64,000 bases of DNA from Lama glama (lineage: Eukaryota): positions 32,428,001-32,492,000 of the forward strand of contig CM052816.1 of NCBI GenBank assembly GCA_028534125.1, in the 5' to 3' direction. The position numbers were made by a program, and so were the translations under genes. The notes below the pieces were generated by a model. It was not told where the DNA came from. It saw nothing but the letters and a program-made list of their open reading frames with translations, and made no database searches. Below are positions 11,921 to 25,099 of this stretch, piece after piece. The first letter of the stretch is position 1. The number at the start of each line of letters is the position of its first letter.

Positions 11921-14900
11921 GTCCAACGATATACTAAAAACATTATCATGAATACGAACAGTTGATCATAGGAACGTGAGTGCATCAGGCAGAATTCTTG
12001 GTTGCAAACATTAACAGCTGACTCTAGCTAAGTAAGGAATTTACTGGAAATTATGGAAGAAATTTACTGGAAAGACACTAAGAGAATTGCAGGCTCTACT
12101 GATATCACCCCGGTGGTTGCTCAGACCTTTTTTTAATCCTCATACCCTCGGCCACTGAACTTGGTGTGACCCTAAACCCATCACAATCTCTTTCTGTTGT
12201 TCTCCTGCCCATGTTTTAGGCTACAGTTTCCACCTTCAATTGTTTTATATTTGCCTTTTGCCTCAGGAATTCTTTAAAGAATTTCTGGTAGACTAAGATC
12301 AGCTTATTTTCCAGGTGGCTGTGGAAAACACATACATATCTTTCTTATTCAAAATATTTCTGCAAGGCTGGTATACAAGTTGGTGTTCCACCTGTATCTA
12401 ATCTCTCCTCCAGGTCCGGTCTCCTGTGCAGGCACAGATGAGAACAAGCAGAGCCACACCACTCCACCCACTTTTCCTTTCCCAAGCAGACAGGGAAGTG
12501 CTTCATGAGCAAAAGAAGAATGAATTATGCTTGAAATTACAGCACTGAAATGGGACTTTTTTTTTTAAAAATATACATATAAATCAAGGCTGTCTTTATA
12601 CAAAAATATTTTATGCCTCTATTTCCACAAGAAATGTTACCTTTTTCATACATATCATCTATTCATAAAGCATAAAAAAGATATAATGCCCTACTAATGA
12701 GGAAAATACACAAAAGCAAGCTTGGAAAACTAGCTTAGCACTTTGGAAAGTATATGCAGACTGCAAAAATTTCATGCAGAAATTACCATTTCCAAAACTA
12801 TCATTCCAAAAATACCAGAACATAGTCTGTTGATCCTCTGTGACAGTTTTCCATTTATATAGAATCTGGTGCCGAGAATACTTCACATATATTATCATTT
12901 AGCATATGCTATCCTCTGCAAAGAAACCACAAGGAAAACATGCAGTGTTTTGGAATGAATCGAGAGCTGACCTAAAAAAAACGTGATATTTCATGATTCC
13001 CTCTACAGCTTTCTGTACGTTATAGGTGTGTCTGCACATGCATCTGGAGTAGAGCCAGGTGAACCTTAGAAATACTGTATTTCTGTCACTACTTCAAGCA
13101 AACATGTACATGAGAACCTCTTAACTTCTCATCTGTCATACTGTAATATGACAAGACTCAGGAAGCTTGGATGCCAGCAGTACATTAGCTATGGGGGTGG
13201 GGGTGACACCAAGCTCACATTTCTGCCTGTCCTGCACTAACTGCCCCCTTCCAGTCTCCCTTCCCCCATTTGTATTCCAATGTGATGCCTTGTGCTTTTA
13301 CACTATGGATAACTCCGTTCTTCTCATGGGTTCTCCACGGAGATTGCCTGTGGGCTATATTTTGCAGTTCAGGTTGAAAGTCTTCAGGTTCCCAAGAAAT
13401 TATCCTTGAATAAAAAAATTAAAAACAGATAGAGACCTGACATGGGAGCCAAAGAACAAACTAGAAATATACTGGGCAAGGAATCCAGGCAAGTCCAGGA
13501 TTTATTACTAGAAAAGGACAAGTAAGTATCATCAAAGATGTTACGAAAGAAACATGATTTCATTCATTCAAATGTTCAGTGAGTACATATTACATGTCAG
13601 CAAATGATTAATCCCTAGAAACTGGAAAAAGTACACTAATAAAAATGCCAAAGAGTCAAACACACCTAGAATATAATACAGAGACCCTTGACAGACGAAG
13701 CAGTGGACTGGCCTGCCAGAATGATGGGAAGCCATGAGGCTATGGAGCGATAAGAAACTTCTAAAATGTGAGACAGGGAAAGACTCAGTTTTCATCATTA
13801 GCTTTTATGTACATCTGTTGAGTTACCATGCACATGTCTTACTTGCATAAAAAAATTTCTTTAAAGAAAAAAAATATGCCAAGTAGAAACTGGTCACTAT
13901 TTTTTTTTTGTTCACAGAGATAGTTGTTACATGGATTTGGTTCATGTGCTATGAGGTATTAAGTAAAGAAAACACAGAGAAAAAAAGCACTATGGTGGTG
14001 AGCTATCAATGTGCTAACCACATTTACACCAACAATTCATGCTCCCATTCCCCTAAAACAGTGACTTTAAGACTTTTTAATCTGAATTCTTCCCAAGTCC
14101 TTCAAGCAAGCAGACCTAACAATTCCAGGCCTTATAGACAAATGTGGAGGCTACGTGCCCCCAGGCCTTACACCGCTGAGACATGGGCTTCAATTACAGG
14201 TGAGACAGTTCCTTTCACTTAAAGTTTAAGTAAATTTTTTTCTTAACTTTCCTTCTTTCAGTATTTGGCAAAGGAAACTCATGAAGGTGATGGTATTTAG
14301 CACCATTCCAATTCTTTCTGACCATTTCTAGAAGAAATCTCTGTGAAAATGAGAAAACCATCAAGATGCTATAAAGTAAGATACAACTATGACCTGGCTA
14401 CCTGCCCAAGGATTTTCTAAAAAATGAGCAAATTAAATATTGTCATAGACACATAATGAATGTCCATTAATGAGACTTTTGAGAGAATGAGTTGAGTGCG
14501 AACACAAATAACAGAAAAGGAATTCATGAGGTCTCCTCACATCTTGGCTTGTCTGTACTGTTCTCTTTGGGTGGAGTATCTTCCCTCCTCTCTGTCTCGT
14601 CAAAACCCCATTTATCCTTCAGGACCCAGTGCAAATTCCACCTTCTCCAGAAAGCCTGTCTTACCCGCTCAATCTCATTGTGACCGTGGCCTCCACTGAA
14701 CCTACAAAGTGTCTTATTTTTTGCCCATCTCAGACATATTCTATTCTGCCTTTATTAAAGCCAATTTATAGGTCTCTTAACTTTGCCACCAATATTTAGA
14801 CATTTTGAAAGCAGGTGCTAAGCATTACATACCACCTGCTGTCCATGCAGTCTGATAATCCCCACACAGTACAATCTCCCTAAAAGATCACTGAATAAAT

Positions 14901-15107
14901 ACTATGGGCCAACAAGCAAGGAAGAGAAAGACACAGTATTGGAAATATGGTGGCCTATGAATTAAACCTCTCTTCTTGTCTCTCAATGAAGATTTCCACT
15001 TTTCATGATCAATCAAACCTTGAGAACAAGAAAGATAGATGGATTCAATTATCTTGCCTGACCCCAGTATATCAACTGATTCAAAGATACTTCTAATTTA
15101 AAAAACA

Positions 15108-15215
15108 GGGGGAGGGTATAGCTCAGTGGTAGAGTTCATGCTTAGCATGCACGAGGTCCTGGGCTCAATCTCCAGTACCTCCATTAAATAATTAATTAAT
15201 TAAAAAAATAAAAAC
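15108..15215 (+). mobile_element. tRNA-derived SINE (camelid Vic-1-like)
   Basis: ggggagggtatagctcagtggtagag (A box) ... gtcctgggctcaatctcc (degenerate B box), followed by an A-rich tail. Confidence 0.9.
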
Positions 15216-15259
15216 CATACATTGTTTCAGTGTTAATGTAATTTCAAAAGACTGCATAG

Positions 15260-15410
15260 GGGGCAGAGTATAGTTCAAGTGGTAGAGTGCATGCTCAGCA
15301 AACACAAGGTCCTGGGTTCAATCCCCAGTGCCTCTTCCCCAAAAAAACCCTAACTACCTCCCTCTCCCACCAAAAAACAAAAAACAAAACAAACAAACAA
15401 ACAAACAAAC
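15260..15410 (+). mobile_element. tRNA-derived SINE (Vic-1-like) with (CAAA)n tail
   Basis: A and B boxes (ggttcaatccc), and a perfect 11-bp TSD agactgcatag at 15249-15259 and 15411-15421. Confidence 0.92.
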
Positions 15411-16450
15411 AGACTGCATAGACTCTGAAGGCGGTATAAGAATAAGTACCTTATATTTGAAATTTGCAAGATACAAAAAATATTAAGGGGCCTGATATTC
15501 AATTTTTAGATATAAAATGTAAAGATACACAGGTTTCTTTATGCAATAAAATAAATCTGACAGGAATTTGGTTTTCCATCATCAGGAAAACAGAGAAGAT
15601 TGGATATGAGTCAGTTAAGAAGAAAATAAAGAAATGAAGTATCTGGCTTTCTATAATTCCATTCAGAAAGACTTCATTTAAATGTTACAATTTATTAATT
15701 TACTTTTCAAATGAGAGTTAACAAATGCCTGTGACATAATTCTGGATGGTAAATTATATGCCACTTAAATCTCAGCAAATAGAGATAGATTACTTTCATT
15801 ACTGACACACTAGCAACATTCTGGAAAGAACAGAGCTACAAGAGGTTTATAATCCCAGAGAAAGACTCCCAGGCAGGACAAGTTTATTTGAAAATACCAT
15901 CACTGAAGCTTTCAACCAGAACAAAGAATTCTTCAAATGAGTAATAACACCTCTGCAGATTAACATGACATTACAAACCAGAAAGGCAGGTTTTTTACCA
16001 GCTGCACAGAATGATAACTATTACATTCTAGACAAACAGCTTACACCTTCACAAAAGGGAAATGAGTCCTTCAAAAATTCCTTTAATGTTACGCACATAC
16101 AAATTCACTGTATTTTTGACGTTATAGATTTCAAGTTGTCTGGGAGAACAAAAATCATGTTAAATTTTTGTAGCTCACGCCTATTAGGAATCAGGTAAAG
16201 TAGGGACATGGAAGAGACATTCCTCAGGCACCAACGGTAACCACTTCCCAGACCAAGTATTGTTAACCACCATCTGATGGCTTTTGACTAAGAGTTACCT
16301 TCACCCTAGGTGAAGGAATTTGTAAAAAAAAAAAGCCTTCACTTAGTCATTTAAAAAACATATAAAACTTTTTTTTCCAAGGTGCTACCTATAGTTTTCA
16401 TACCTAAAAGCTTGTTCCCACCAATAAACTTCTTTCACACTTTCATCTAA

Positions 16451-16955
16451 TGTTTCTGCTATCTACTGCTGTGTAACAAATCACCTCCAAGCTTAGTGGC
16501 TTAAAGCCACCACCACAATTTGCTCATGATCGTGCAGAGCTCAGAAGGGACGGCTAGTGTCTGCCCTGTCTGATGTTGGCTGGAGAGGTTCCTGAGGGCT
16601 CGAGCACCCAAGATGACTTCATTCAATAGTGACATCTTCCCCCAGGTGACTGGAATAGCTGGGGCTGGCGGGGCTTCCTTCCTCCTCCAAGCCTGTCTCC
16701 CAGCAGGGTAGTCTGACTTCATTACATGGTGACTGAGGGCTCTGAGAGACCAAGAGAAGACGATGCCCAGTTTCTCAAGGCCCACCCAGCACAGCCTCAC
16801 TCTTGCTACACTCTGTTGGTCAAAGTCAGACACAGGGCCAGCCAGATGGGAAGGGAAGGGAAACAGACCTCATCTCTGGAAAGGAGGGATGACATGAAGG
16901 TATAGGGACTGACTGCAACAATTGTTGGTGGTCATCCTCATAGACAATCTACCAT
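16451..16955 (-). mobile_element. Old MaLR LTR (MLT1 family)
   Basis: Typical antisense MLT1 opening (ctactgctgtgtaacaaatcacc...cttagtggcttaaa) and close (ggtggtcatcctc...aatctaccata). Confidence 0.7.
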
Positions 16956-17040
16956 ATCTCACTTCCTGATTTCTCTCTATACCTGTTATATTCTTTATTT
17001 TCCCCTACTCAACTCATCTTCACTGTAATTTTTCAAATTA

Positions 17041-17605
17041 CAGGCATATCTCTTTACTGTACTTTGCAGATACTGCAGTTTAGGGGGGGGTTTAACAATT
17101 TAGAGGTTTGTGGGAACCCTGCAATGAGCAAGTGTATTGGTGCCATTTTTCCAACAGCATTTGCTCACTTCATGCCTCTGGTCATATTTTGTTAATTCTC
17201 ATAATATTTCAAACTTTTGCATTATTATTATATTTGTTATGGTGATCTGTGTGATATTACTATTGCAAAAAGATCAGGACTTCCTGAAGGCTGGGATGAT
17301 CATTAGCATTTTTCAGCAATAAAGAATTTTTTAATTAAGGGATATACTTTTTTAAGACATTATGCTAGACTACAGAATAATGTACATATAACTTTAAAAA
17401 ATTTTTAATAGAGGCACTAGAGATTAAACCCAGGACCTCGTACAGGCTAAGCATGTGCTCTACCACTGAGCTATAGCTTCCTAAATTTTTTATGATTTCT
17501 ATATGCACTGGGAAATGAAAAAATTTATGTGACTCAGTTTATTGTAATATTCGCTTTGTTCCAGTGGTCTGGAACAAAACCCACAATACCTCTGAGGTGT
17601 GCCTG
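17041..17605 (+). mobile_element. Tigger1-derived, internally deleted DNA transposon (TcMar)
   Basis: Termini caggcatatct... and ...gaggtgtgcctg are inverted repeats with TA on both sides. The interior matches the recalled Tigger1 left and right ends, joined near 17260. Confidence 0.88.
17397..17481 (-). mobile_element. Vic-1-like SINE nested in the Tigger1 derivative
   Basis: The reverse complement reads ggaagctatagctcagtggtagagcacatgcttagcctgtacgaggtcctgggtttaatc. Confidence 0.88.
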
Positions 17606-18089
17606 TATATGTCTGGATAGAGCAGATCGCTCTTCTTCCACCAGTTTCAAATACATCATGTAACAACTGGTGTGACTTGTACAGGACACCAAACTCTTCT
17701 TGTAATTTACTATGCTGTCCCTTTCTTTGTAACTGAGCTCTGACGTAGTATTGGAAAACAGATTAGGCTTTTGTATCTTTTGTAGGTTTTTTTCCTATTT
17801 TACATGCATTTATTTTATTCTATTCACATTGTACAACTGTCATCCAAGGTACATTCCCATTACAACTGAGCCATATGTGCAGCTGAGACTCTGTGGTACA
17901 ATCACCAAGTGGCATCAGATTTAAAATGCATTACCACAACATGAATGATGATTTTTACTTTCATCTCTCAAACACTTAGAGGGGTGGAAGAAATCAGTCC
18001 TTCTTTCTCTCCCTCTCCTCCTGAATAATTGAAACATTCCACTGAAAAGCCACTAGGGTCCCTTCCTCTTCCTCAACACTTGTTAGAGA

Positions 18090-19550
18090 CAGACAGCAGG
18101 TTCAGGGCTGAGCAAGGTAGTTGCCTGGTGGGGGTGGGGGCTGAGCCAAACAGTGGTCTGGGAAGGATGGCCACCAAGGAAGGCAACAGCCAGAGTTGGG
18201 AGACTGGTTACACACACAGGAATTAAGCAGTAAGTAAACAGACTGAATAATAGGAGCCAGGTTTCTTCTGTTAGAAAACGGTGTTACAAAAACGTAAAAC
18301 AATAACGAACCCTACGGACATGGAGGCAACATGATTTAACAGGTTCACATAAATATAGGGGTGTGTGTGTGTAAACACACCCCAGTCCTCTAGATCTGCC
18401 ACTGAGACGGATGGGAGCAGTGACACCTGTATAGCAATGATCAACCTGGTGCCTAGATCTTTGGTTTCTCAGTTATCATTCTCTACTCCTTAGAAAACAG
18501 ACTGATTCAAGGCTGAGACAGGGACGTAAAAGGCCTGAAATGATTTCTTTATACCGAAAAGGAAAAGAATGCTCAAAGAATGAAGGAGACCTTTCAAAAG
18601 AATAGAGGAGTTAGCTTGAAGGGACTCCTACTGGTCCAATCTGGGACACTTTGAGCATCAATATAAGTGAAAATAACAGGTTATAATTCCTTGAGAGGAA
18701 TCCTTGAGTGCACATAAATATAAATATATAAATGAATAAACAGAAGAGAAAGCACTTCTTTATAATAAAATGTCAACTAATAAATGCAGAAGGAATAACA
18801 GGAATTAGAAAATGACCATCATAGTTGTAACTTATTCAGTCAAGAATCATCAATGATGCTAAAATGAGTGGGTGAAAAGTCAGAGGAAGAATGGGATATT
18901 TTACAAGGTCTCAAAGTGTCTCCCCACAAAATGCTTTCTACAAAGGATAAAAGAGGAACTTGACAGTGAATAGAACCTGACAGTCTTTACCTTAATCAAA
19001 CCAGCAAAGTTAATTTCACCAGCAGTGGGACAAACCGACACCATTACCACCTGAAAGGAGGCAACAAATACAATACCACTTCTGTGTTTTTCCTGCCAAA
19101 GACACTCAGCCTGAATTTAATACTGAGGAAACATCAGACAAGCCCAAATTGAAGGACACTGTACAAAATACTTCACCTAGTCATGAAATTACTGAATAAC
19201 CATTCCAGAATGAAGAAGACAAACATCTTAACAAAATGCCATGAATAATATGGATCGGATTATTTTGCTCTAAAGGACAATGTTGGGACAAGCAACAAAA
19301 TTTGAATGAGGTTTTAGATTAAATATCCAGACTGTATCTCATTTCCTGATGTTGACAGTGGTGCCATGATTATACAGCAGAGGGTCCTTGTTTGTAGGTA
19401 ATTTACAGTAATGCATTCAGGGGTAAAAAGCCATGTTTTCAGCTTATTCACAAATAGGTCAGTAAGAGAGAGAAAAATAATGATAAAGCCTATGTGGTAA
19501 AATGTTACCTGCATCCATGGGTGAAAGGGGTAAGAGGGTTTACACAGTTC
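18090..19550 (+). mobile_element. Old L1MC-type 3' end region
   Basis: L1MC-like motifs: tgggacactttgagcatcaa, aaggtctcaaagtgtctccccacaaa, gaaacatcagacaagcccaaattgaaggac, atttcctgatgttgac. Confidence 0.7.
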
Positions 19551-19905
19551 ACAATCTACTCAGCCTCCCATCCCAACCTTTAGATTATATGATTTGTGAA
19601 GAAAGTTATTTAATTTGGGGCAAATTCCAAATTTAAAAGATAAAGAGAGGCTTTGTTACTATTTTATTATGTCATAATAATTCTAAATCATATAAGCCCA
19701 AATCCCATAAAACAGCAAAACTGTTAACACTAATATTTATCGGCACATATTAGCACTTTTATGTACACTAACTCACTAAATGCTCACAGCAGCGCTATGG
19801 GTTGGAATGATACTAAGAGCTGACGCTTACTACTTGCCAGGCACTGGGCATTGTTCTAAGAACACTGCATCTTCCCATAAAGGGGAAGTTCACATAATCT
19901 TCCTA

Positions 19906-20553
19906 TTTTTTAACATTTTTTATTGATTTATAATCATTTTACAATGTAGTGTCAAATTCCAGTGTAGAGCACAATTTTTCAGTTATACATGAACATATAT
20001 ATATATATATGCATTGTCACATTTTTCCTCTGTGAGCTACCATAAGATCTTGTATATATTTCCCTATGCTATACCGTGTAGTCTTGTTTATCTATTCTAC
20101 AGTCTATCTCTTCCAACCCCCCGCCCCCTTGACAACCACAAGTTTGTATTCTATGTCTATGAGTCTATTTCTGTTTTGTGTTTATACTTTGTTTGTTTTA
20201 GATTCCACATATGAGTGATCTCATATGGTATTTTTCTTTCTCTTTCTGGCTTACTTCACTTAGAATGACATTCTCCAGGAGCATCCATGTTGCTGCAAAT
20301 GGCGTTATGTTGTCAGTTTTTATGGCTGAATAGTATTCCATTGTATAAATATACCACATCTTCTTTATCCAGTCATCCGTAGATGGATATTTAGGCTGTT
20401 TCCATGTCTTGGCTTTTGTAAATAATGCTGCTATGAACATTGGGGTGCAGGTGTCATCCTGAAGTAGGGTTCCTTCTGGATATATGCCCAGGAGCGGGAT
20501 TCCTGGGTCATATGGTAAGTCTATTCCTAGTCTTTTGAGGAATCTTCATATTG
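19906..20553 (-). mobile_element. Young lineage-specific L1, 3' end
   Basis: ORF2 C-terminus (MFIAALFTKAKTWKQPKYPSTDDWIKKMWYIYTMEYYSAIK) plus a 3'UTR nearly identical to the copies at 25.1 and 38.3 kb. Confidence 0.92.
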
Positions 20554-20598
20554 CTTCAAGGAAACAGGTGTTATTATTTTTCTCATTTAAGAGATAAG

Positions 20599-20744
20599 TG
20601 GGGAGGGTATTCACTACCTCCTGTACAAATAAATGAACCTAATTATCACTCCCCAAAAAACACTAGAAAAAAAAAACTTTAAAAAATTTTTTAAAGAAAA
20701 AATATCTTTTTTTTTTAAATGAAATTTTTTTAAATGAAAAAAAA
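20599..20744 (+). mobile_element. Internally deleted Vic-1-like SINE with a long A/T tail, inserted into a MIR
   Basis: ggggagggtat joins almost directly to tacctcc. 10-bp TSD aagagataag at 20589-20598 and 20745-20754. MIR core (aagtaactttcctaagagcacaagg) flanks it. Confidence 0.7.
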
Positions 20745-21439
20745 AAGAGATAAGACAATTAGAATCCATGGGTTAAGTAACTTTCCTAAGAGCACAAGGA
20801 CAGTAAGTGGCAAAGCCAAGATTAAAACCCAGGCTGTCTGGCTCTAGAACCGGTGTTCCAAAATGCTCTCATGCTATACCAGGAAAGCCAGAGAATGGGT
20901 CTGAGGCCAGAATTCTCTCAAAATTCCTAGGGATAATTTCTTATAATCTGTGTCAGAGCCAAAGGACCCACCTGGGTTAACCACAAATTTTAAAGCTCCC
21001 TAAAATGACCTAGCCAGAATCTAAGTTGATTCTACTTGGAAAGACAGTGTGACTGGTCCTCAGAGCAACTATCTGATCCAACAGACTCCAGCAGACCTCA
21101 AGGGTCCACTGCACTGGTGAGTTAAACCACTCTTGAGAACCCAGTCCTCTCCTCCCCATATCTCAGTTGAGATGGGTCCCAGTTTGAAGGCTTATAACTC
21201 ATCCATTATAACATACACACACTTTTATCTTCCAGGACTTGATTTACCACTGCCTAAAAGCCCTCTCAGCCTGCCTGAGGATGAGACACTCATTATAAGA
21301 CAGAGAAAAATTACAGCCCATGTAAGGGATCTCAGCCACTTGATTGACGGAGACCAAGATGAATAACTAGAATAGTGTTTATAGAATGACCAAAGAAAAT
21401 CAGAGGGAAAATGCAATGGGGACTTTTAAGGAGATACCA

Positions 21440-22530
21440 TTAGAACACACGAAAAAACGCCTTTTAAAATCAAAACAGCATGGCTTCTGAAATTAAAATT
21501 TCAACTGACAAAATGGAAAAGTGCTGATCACTGCTAAGAACATTCAGTGTTCTGAAAGATCAGACAGGCGTAAATAAAAACATCACAGACACGGAAGCCA
21601 TAACCAGAAAACAGAATATGCAGAAAACTGGTTTTCCTGGAGGAGAAACAGTAACAAACGGAGAAGAAATAAATTGGAAGGGAGGGTGGGAGGGGATAAA
21701 ACAAAAGAAAACTTCCCTGAGTTGAAAGAAAGGATAATTCTCTAGACTGAAACGGTTCACAGTAAGCTCAGGCAGCATTAATGAGGGAAAAAAAGACACA
21801 CGCCTAGGCTTGTGAAATATTTAAACTGAGAAGGGAAATCATCTGCGGCCACACAACTTACTATGTGCATTAACATGACTTTACTATCTCAGGAAGCTCT
21901 TACCCACGAAGATGAAGTTACAAATATTTTTGTTGTTTCAATAACTTTCCAAAAACCCATTTATCTCAACAACAGACAACTCAACTAATTCTTATTAGAA
22001 TAAATATCCCTTAGCTCGCCAAATTGTTTTATCAAAAAAATTGGTCTAATTCTAGGACCTTGCACTGAACAGCCTGCCTCAAACCAGAGTCTAACAAACC
22101 TCATAAATCCCCCCAGCTCTGTCCCTCCTCCTCTGCAACACTCAGTCAATGTCACAGTCTCCCTCACTGCAGTCAGCAGTAAATTTGGCTTTGCTTTATC
22201 TACATGTTATTCTGCAGTCTTTTCAGAGTCAGCAGTCAGAGACTCTAAACATTGAGAGGAAATCATACAGTCACTCAAACAAGTTGAACAGAGGACTTAC
22301 AGAGGAAGAGGGATCAGATTAGCATCAGATTTCTGGACTGCAGCACTGGAAACCGGAGCACAGTTAAACAATGACTACTGAGAGAAAAAGCCCAACCAAG
22401 CTGTTCTTCACCTGTCGGGGAAGACAAAAACCCTTTTCTAAACGTGGAAGAAAAACTACCTAACCAATGAACCCGATCTGAGGAAATCTTGGAGGATGTG
22501 CTCTAACTAGACAGAGGCCTCAAGATGTGG
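21440..22530 (+). mobile_element. Ancient L1 ORF1/HAL1-like relic interrupted by an LTR-like insert
   Basis: Purine-rich ORF1-like motifs (gaaaacttccctgagttgaaaga, atcagattagcatcagatttct) on either side of 21811-22240. Confidence 0.45.
21811..22240 (+). mobile_element. Probable ERV solo LTR
   Basis: Starts tgtgaaat, has a TATA-like cataaat and a polyA-like agtaaa, and interrupts the older LINE relic. The family is uncertain. Confidence 0.4.
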
Positions 22531-25099
22531 AAGACAAAGAAGAGAGGGGAACATGGCACAATGTAACAGAATGATGCTAACATGACTCGGAACTTATAAT
22601 TTATAATTTAAATGGTTATTAAGAGACATACAATAAAAAGAAAGTTAATAGGTGAGAACAAAATATTCCAACCTGTCTAGGTAAAACCTAAGATGGGGAA
22701 ATATGATTTCATTTTTATATGTTAACATAGGATTTTAAATTATAGCTGCTCTGAAAGTTCCCAGTAGGAAGAAGCAAAGACTGTCCATGTTTATGGTGAG
22801 GCGGGCAGAGAACTGAGGAGAAAATGTGACCATAGAACAGAAGGAAGGAAAAGAAGAACCAACAACAAAGTACAATAAATGATAAGTAAAAAAATAGATA
22901 GTAAAAATAGACACAAATGAAGCATTTACAATGATAAATGTGAATGGTGGAGGTGCCACCATCTTCTTGAAAAGTAACCTGACAGTAGTTATCACACCTC
23001 CCCTTAGGACTAGCTGTCTCACTCTGGGGAATCTGTTTTATGGAAATGAAAAGCACGAGCTATACAGCCAAGGATGTTTACTGCAGCACTGAGAGTGGCA
23101 AAATAAAATCCCCTAACTTGCATGGCCACCAACAGAAGATTTATTGAATAAACCACAGTCAACCCAAATGAGGAATTAGGCAACAATTAAAAAGAGCTGA
23201 ATAAGTACGTGTTGAGTTGAAGTGATGTTCCTCAGATATTTTACTTACATAAGCAGAGTTGTGTATTAAATGGGTAATGAGAAATTATTAACTTTTTCTC
23301 TATGCATCTCTGCATTTTTTAAATTTATGACAACAGTATGTTTTACTTTTGTCATTTCAAATTTTATAATTTCAGATTGTGTAATTTAAAAGCTATCTAA
23401 AAAAAGAAAGAAAAGAAAAGGTGGTGGGGAGGTCATTCTATGACAAGAGAACAGCAAGGATCAGTGTTCAGAGGCAGCTGAAGGTGAGTCAGGGACTGGG
23501 GTTTTATCCAGCTCTGTTCCTGACTCACTACACAACCTCAGGCGGGCTGCTTAACCACTCAGGGTCCCAATTTCTTCATGTGTGAAACAGGATAACTGAA
23601 CTGAATGAAGATTCTTTGCAGCTCTGGCAGTCAATTAATGGATAACAAAACTGCAGACAGAATTGTCTTGAAACCTCCACTGTCTGCCTCTTTCTCTGAC
23701 AACTTCCACTTATCCAAAATCTGGTGGAGGGTCAGTGCCGCCAATCCACCTGAAATCATGCCCAACCCTCACCCAGGAGGAAACCACACCAGAGGATTAT
23801 CAAGAGAACTGCCATATCTATGCAGCCACAGCCCCAAAATTGTTCATGGGAGCCCCTTCACCAACCAGGGCCTTCCCAGTTTCATATAAGAGGCAATAAA
23901 CCACCTCCCTTGGGTATTATTGGCTAAGAAGTTTCAAAATAATTGGTAGAAGATGTTTCTTTTCATCTCAAACTTCTCAAAAAGATAGAAAAAAGGAAGA
24001 GTACTATTAGAACAAAAGTTTTACAAACTGGCTTTAGTCATTGAAAGCTTTCTACTCCCCACGCCACTAAAGACAGGGCTTGTTCCGGTGCCCTGTTGTT
24101 TCATTTATTTTTCTTACCTCCGCACTCCTGAAAAGAACGTCATGTGCAGCAGTTTCTGGTACAAAGGCTGGTGCTCTCAACTCACCCTCTCCTCTTCTCT
24201 GCTTTTATCCCTAATTCCTTTATTCTTATCCCCGCTCTCTACTTTTTAAAGACTCAAGCAAATGACTAAAGCCACATACACACCTATACCACATATGCTC
24301 TACAGTCAACCAGTATCTTCAGAAGCAACAGAGCACTAACAATATTACAGAATCATTTATTTATCTAGTCACTCAACAAATATTCACTGAGCATCTACCA
24401 TACACTGTGCTAGAGACTTTCAATATCTCGTTTAACCCTGACAACAACTGTGTAAGACAAGACAATAATGGCCTCAATTTTACACATGGGGAAACTAAGG
24501 CCCAGAGAGGTCAACTGAGTGACTTGCCAAAGCCATGGAACCAATAAGTGCTGAAGCCCAGATGTGTGCCCTGGGCTCCCATGCTCATTGCCCTTCCTGA
24601 ACGTGACGTTACGATTCAGAAGAGCAGATGGTATTTCTGGCTAGAAAAATCAGAAAAGGTTCTTCTTAAAAGAAACTAGACGTATTATGGAGTAAACATA
24701 GTTTTTTTTTTTTAAAGAAAAAACCCTCTGTTGAAATTTAGTGATTCTAAGAAATAACTACCTTCTAAAGCTCTTTTTAAGGAGATAAAATGTCAAAACT
24801 ATCTGTACCTACTCAGTAAGACATTTTTCTGTTTAATAGAAATTGCCAGCTATAAACCTCAGCCCTAAACAGAAGCACCTTGAATATAGTAAACAATCAA
24901 TAACTACTCTTCAGTAAGAAGGAGGGAAGGAGGGAGGGAGGCAGGCAAGTGCTGGATTTGCAGTGGGCTCTTGTTGTACCGTCAACCCACTCCTCATGTT
25001 CCCTGAAGCTCTACAACTTCTGATTACATGCTGTCTCCATTATCAACTCATTTTATTTCTAATATTTGGGCAAGTTGTAGTCCTTTAAAATGATGCTGT

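Noticed and set aside
12039..12073. Short direct repeat aatttactggaaa, twice
   Set aside because: Only two copies within an LTR-like relic; not an array.
15108..17481. tRNA-like sequences with A/B boxes
   Set aside because: A-rich tails, a TSD and divergence among the copies show these are SINEs, not tRNA genes.
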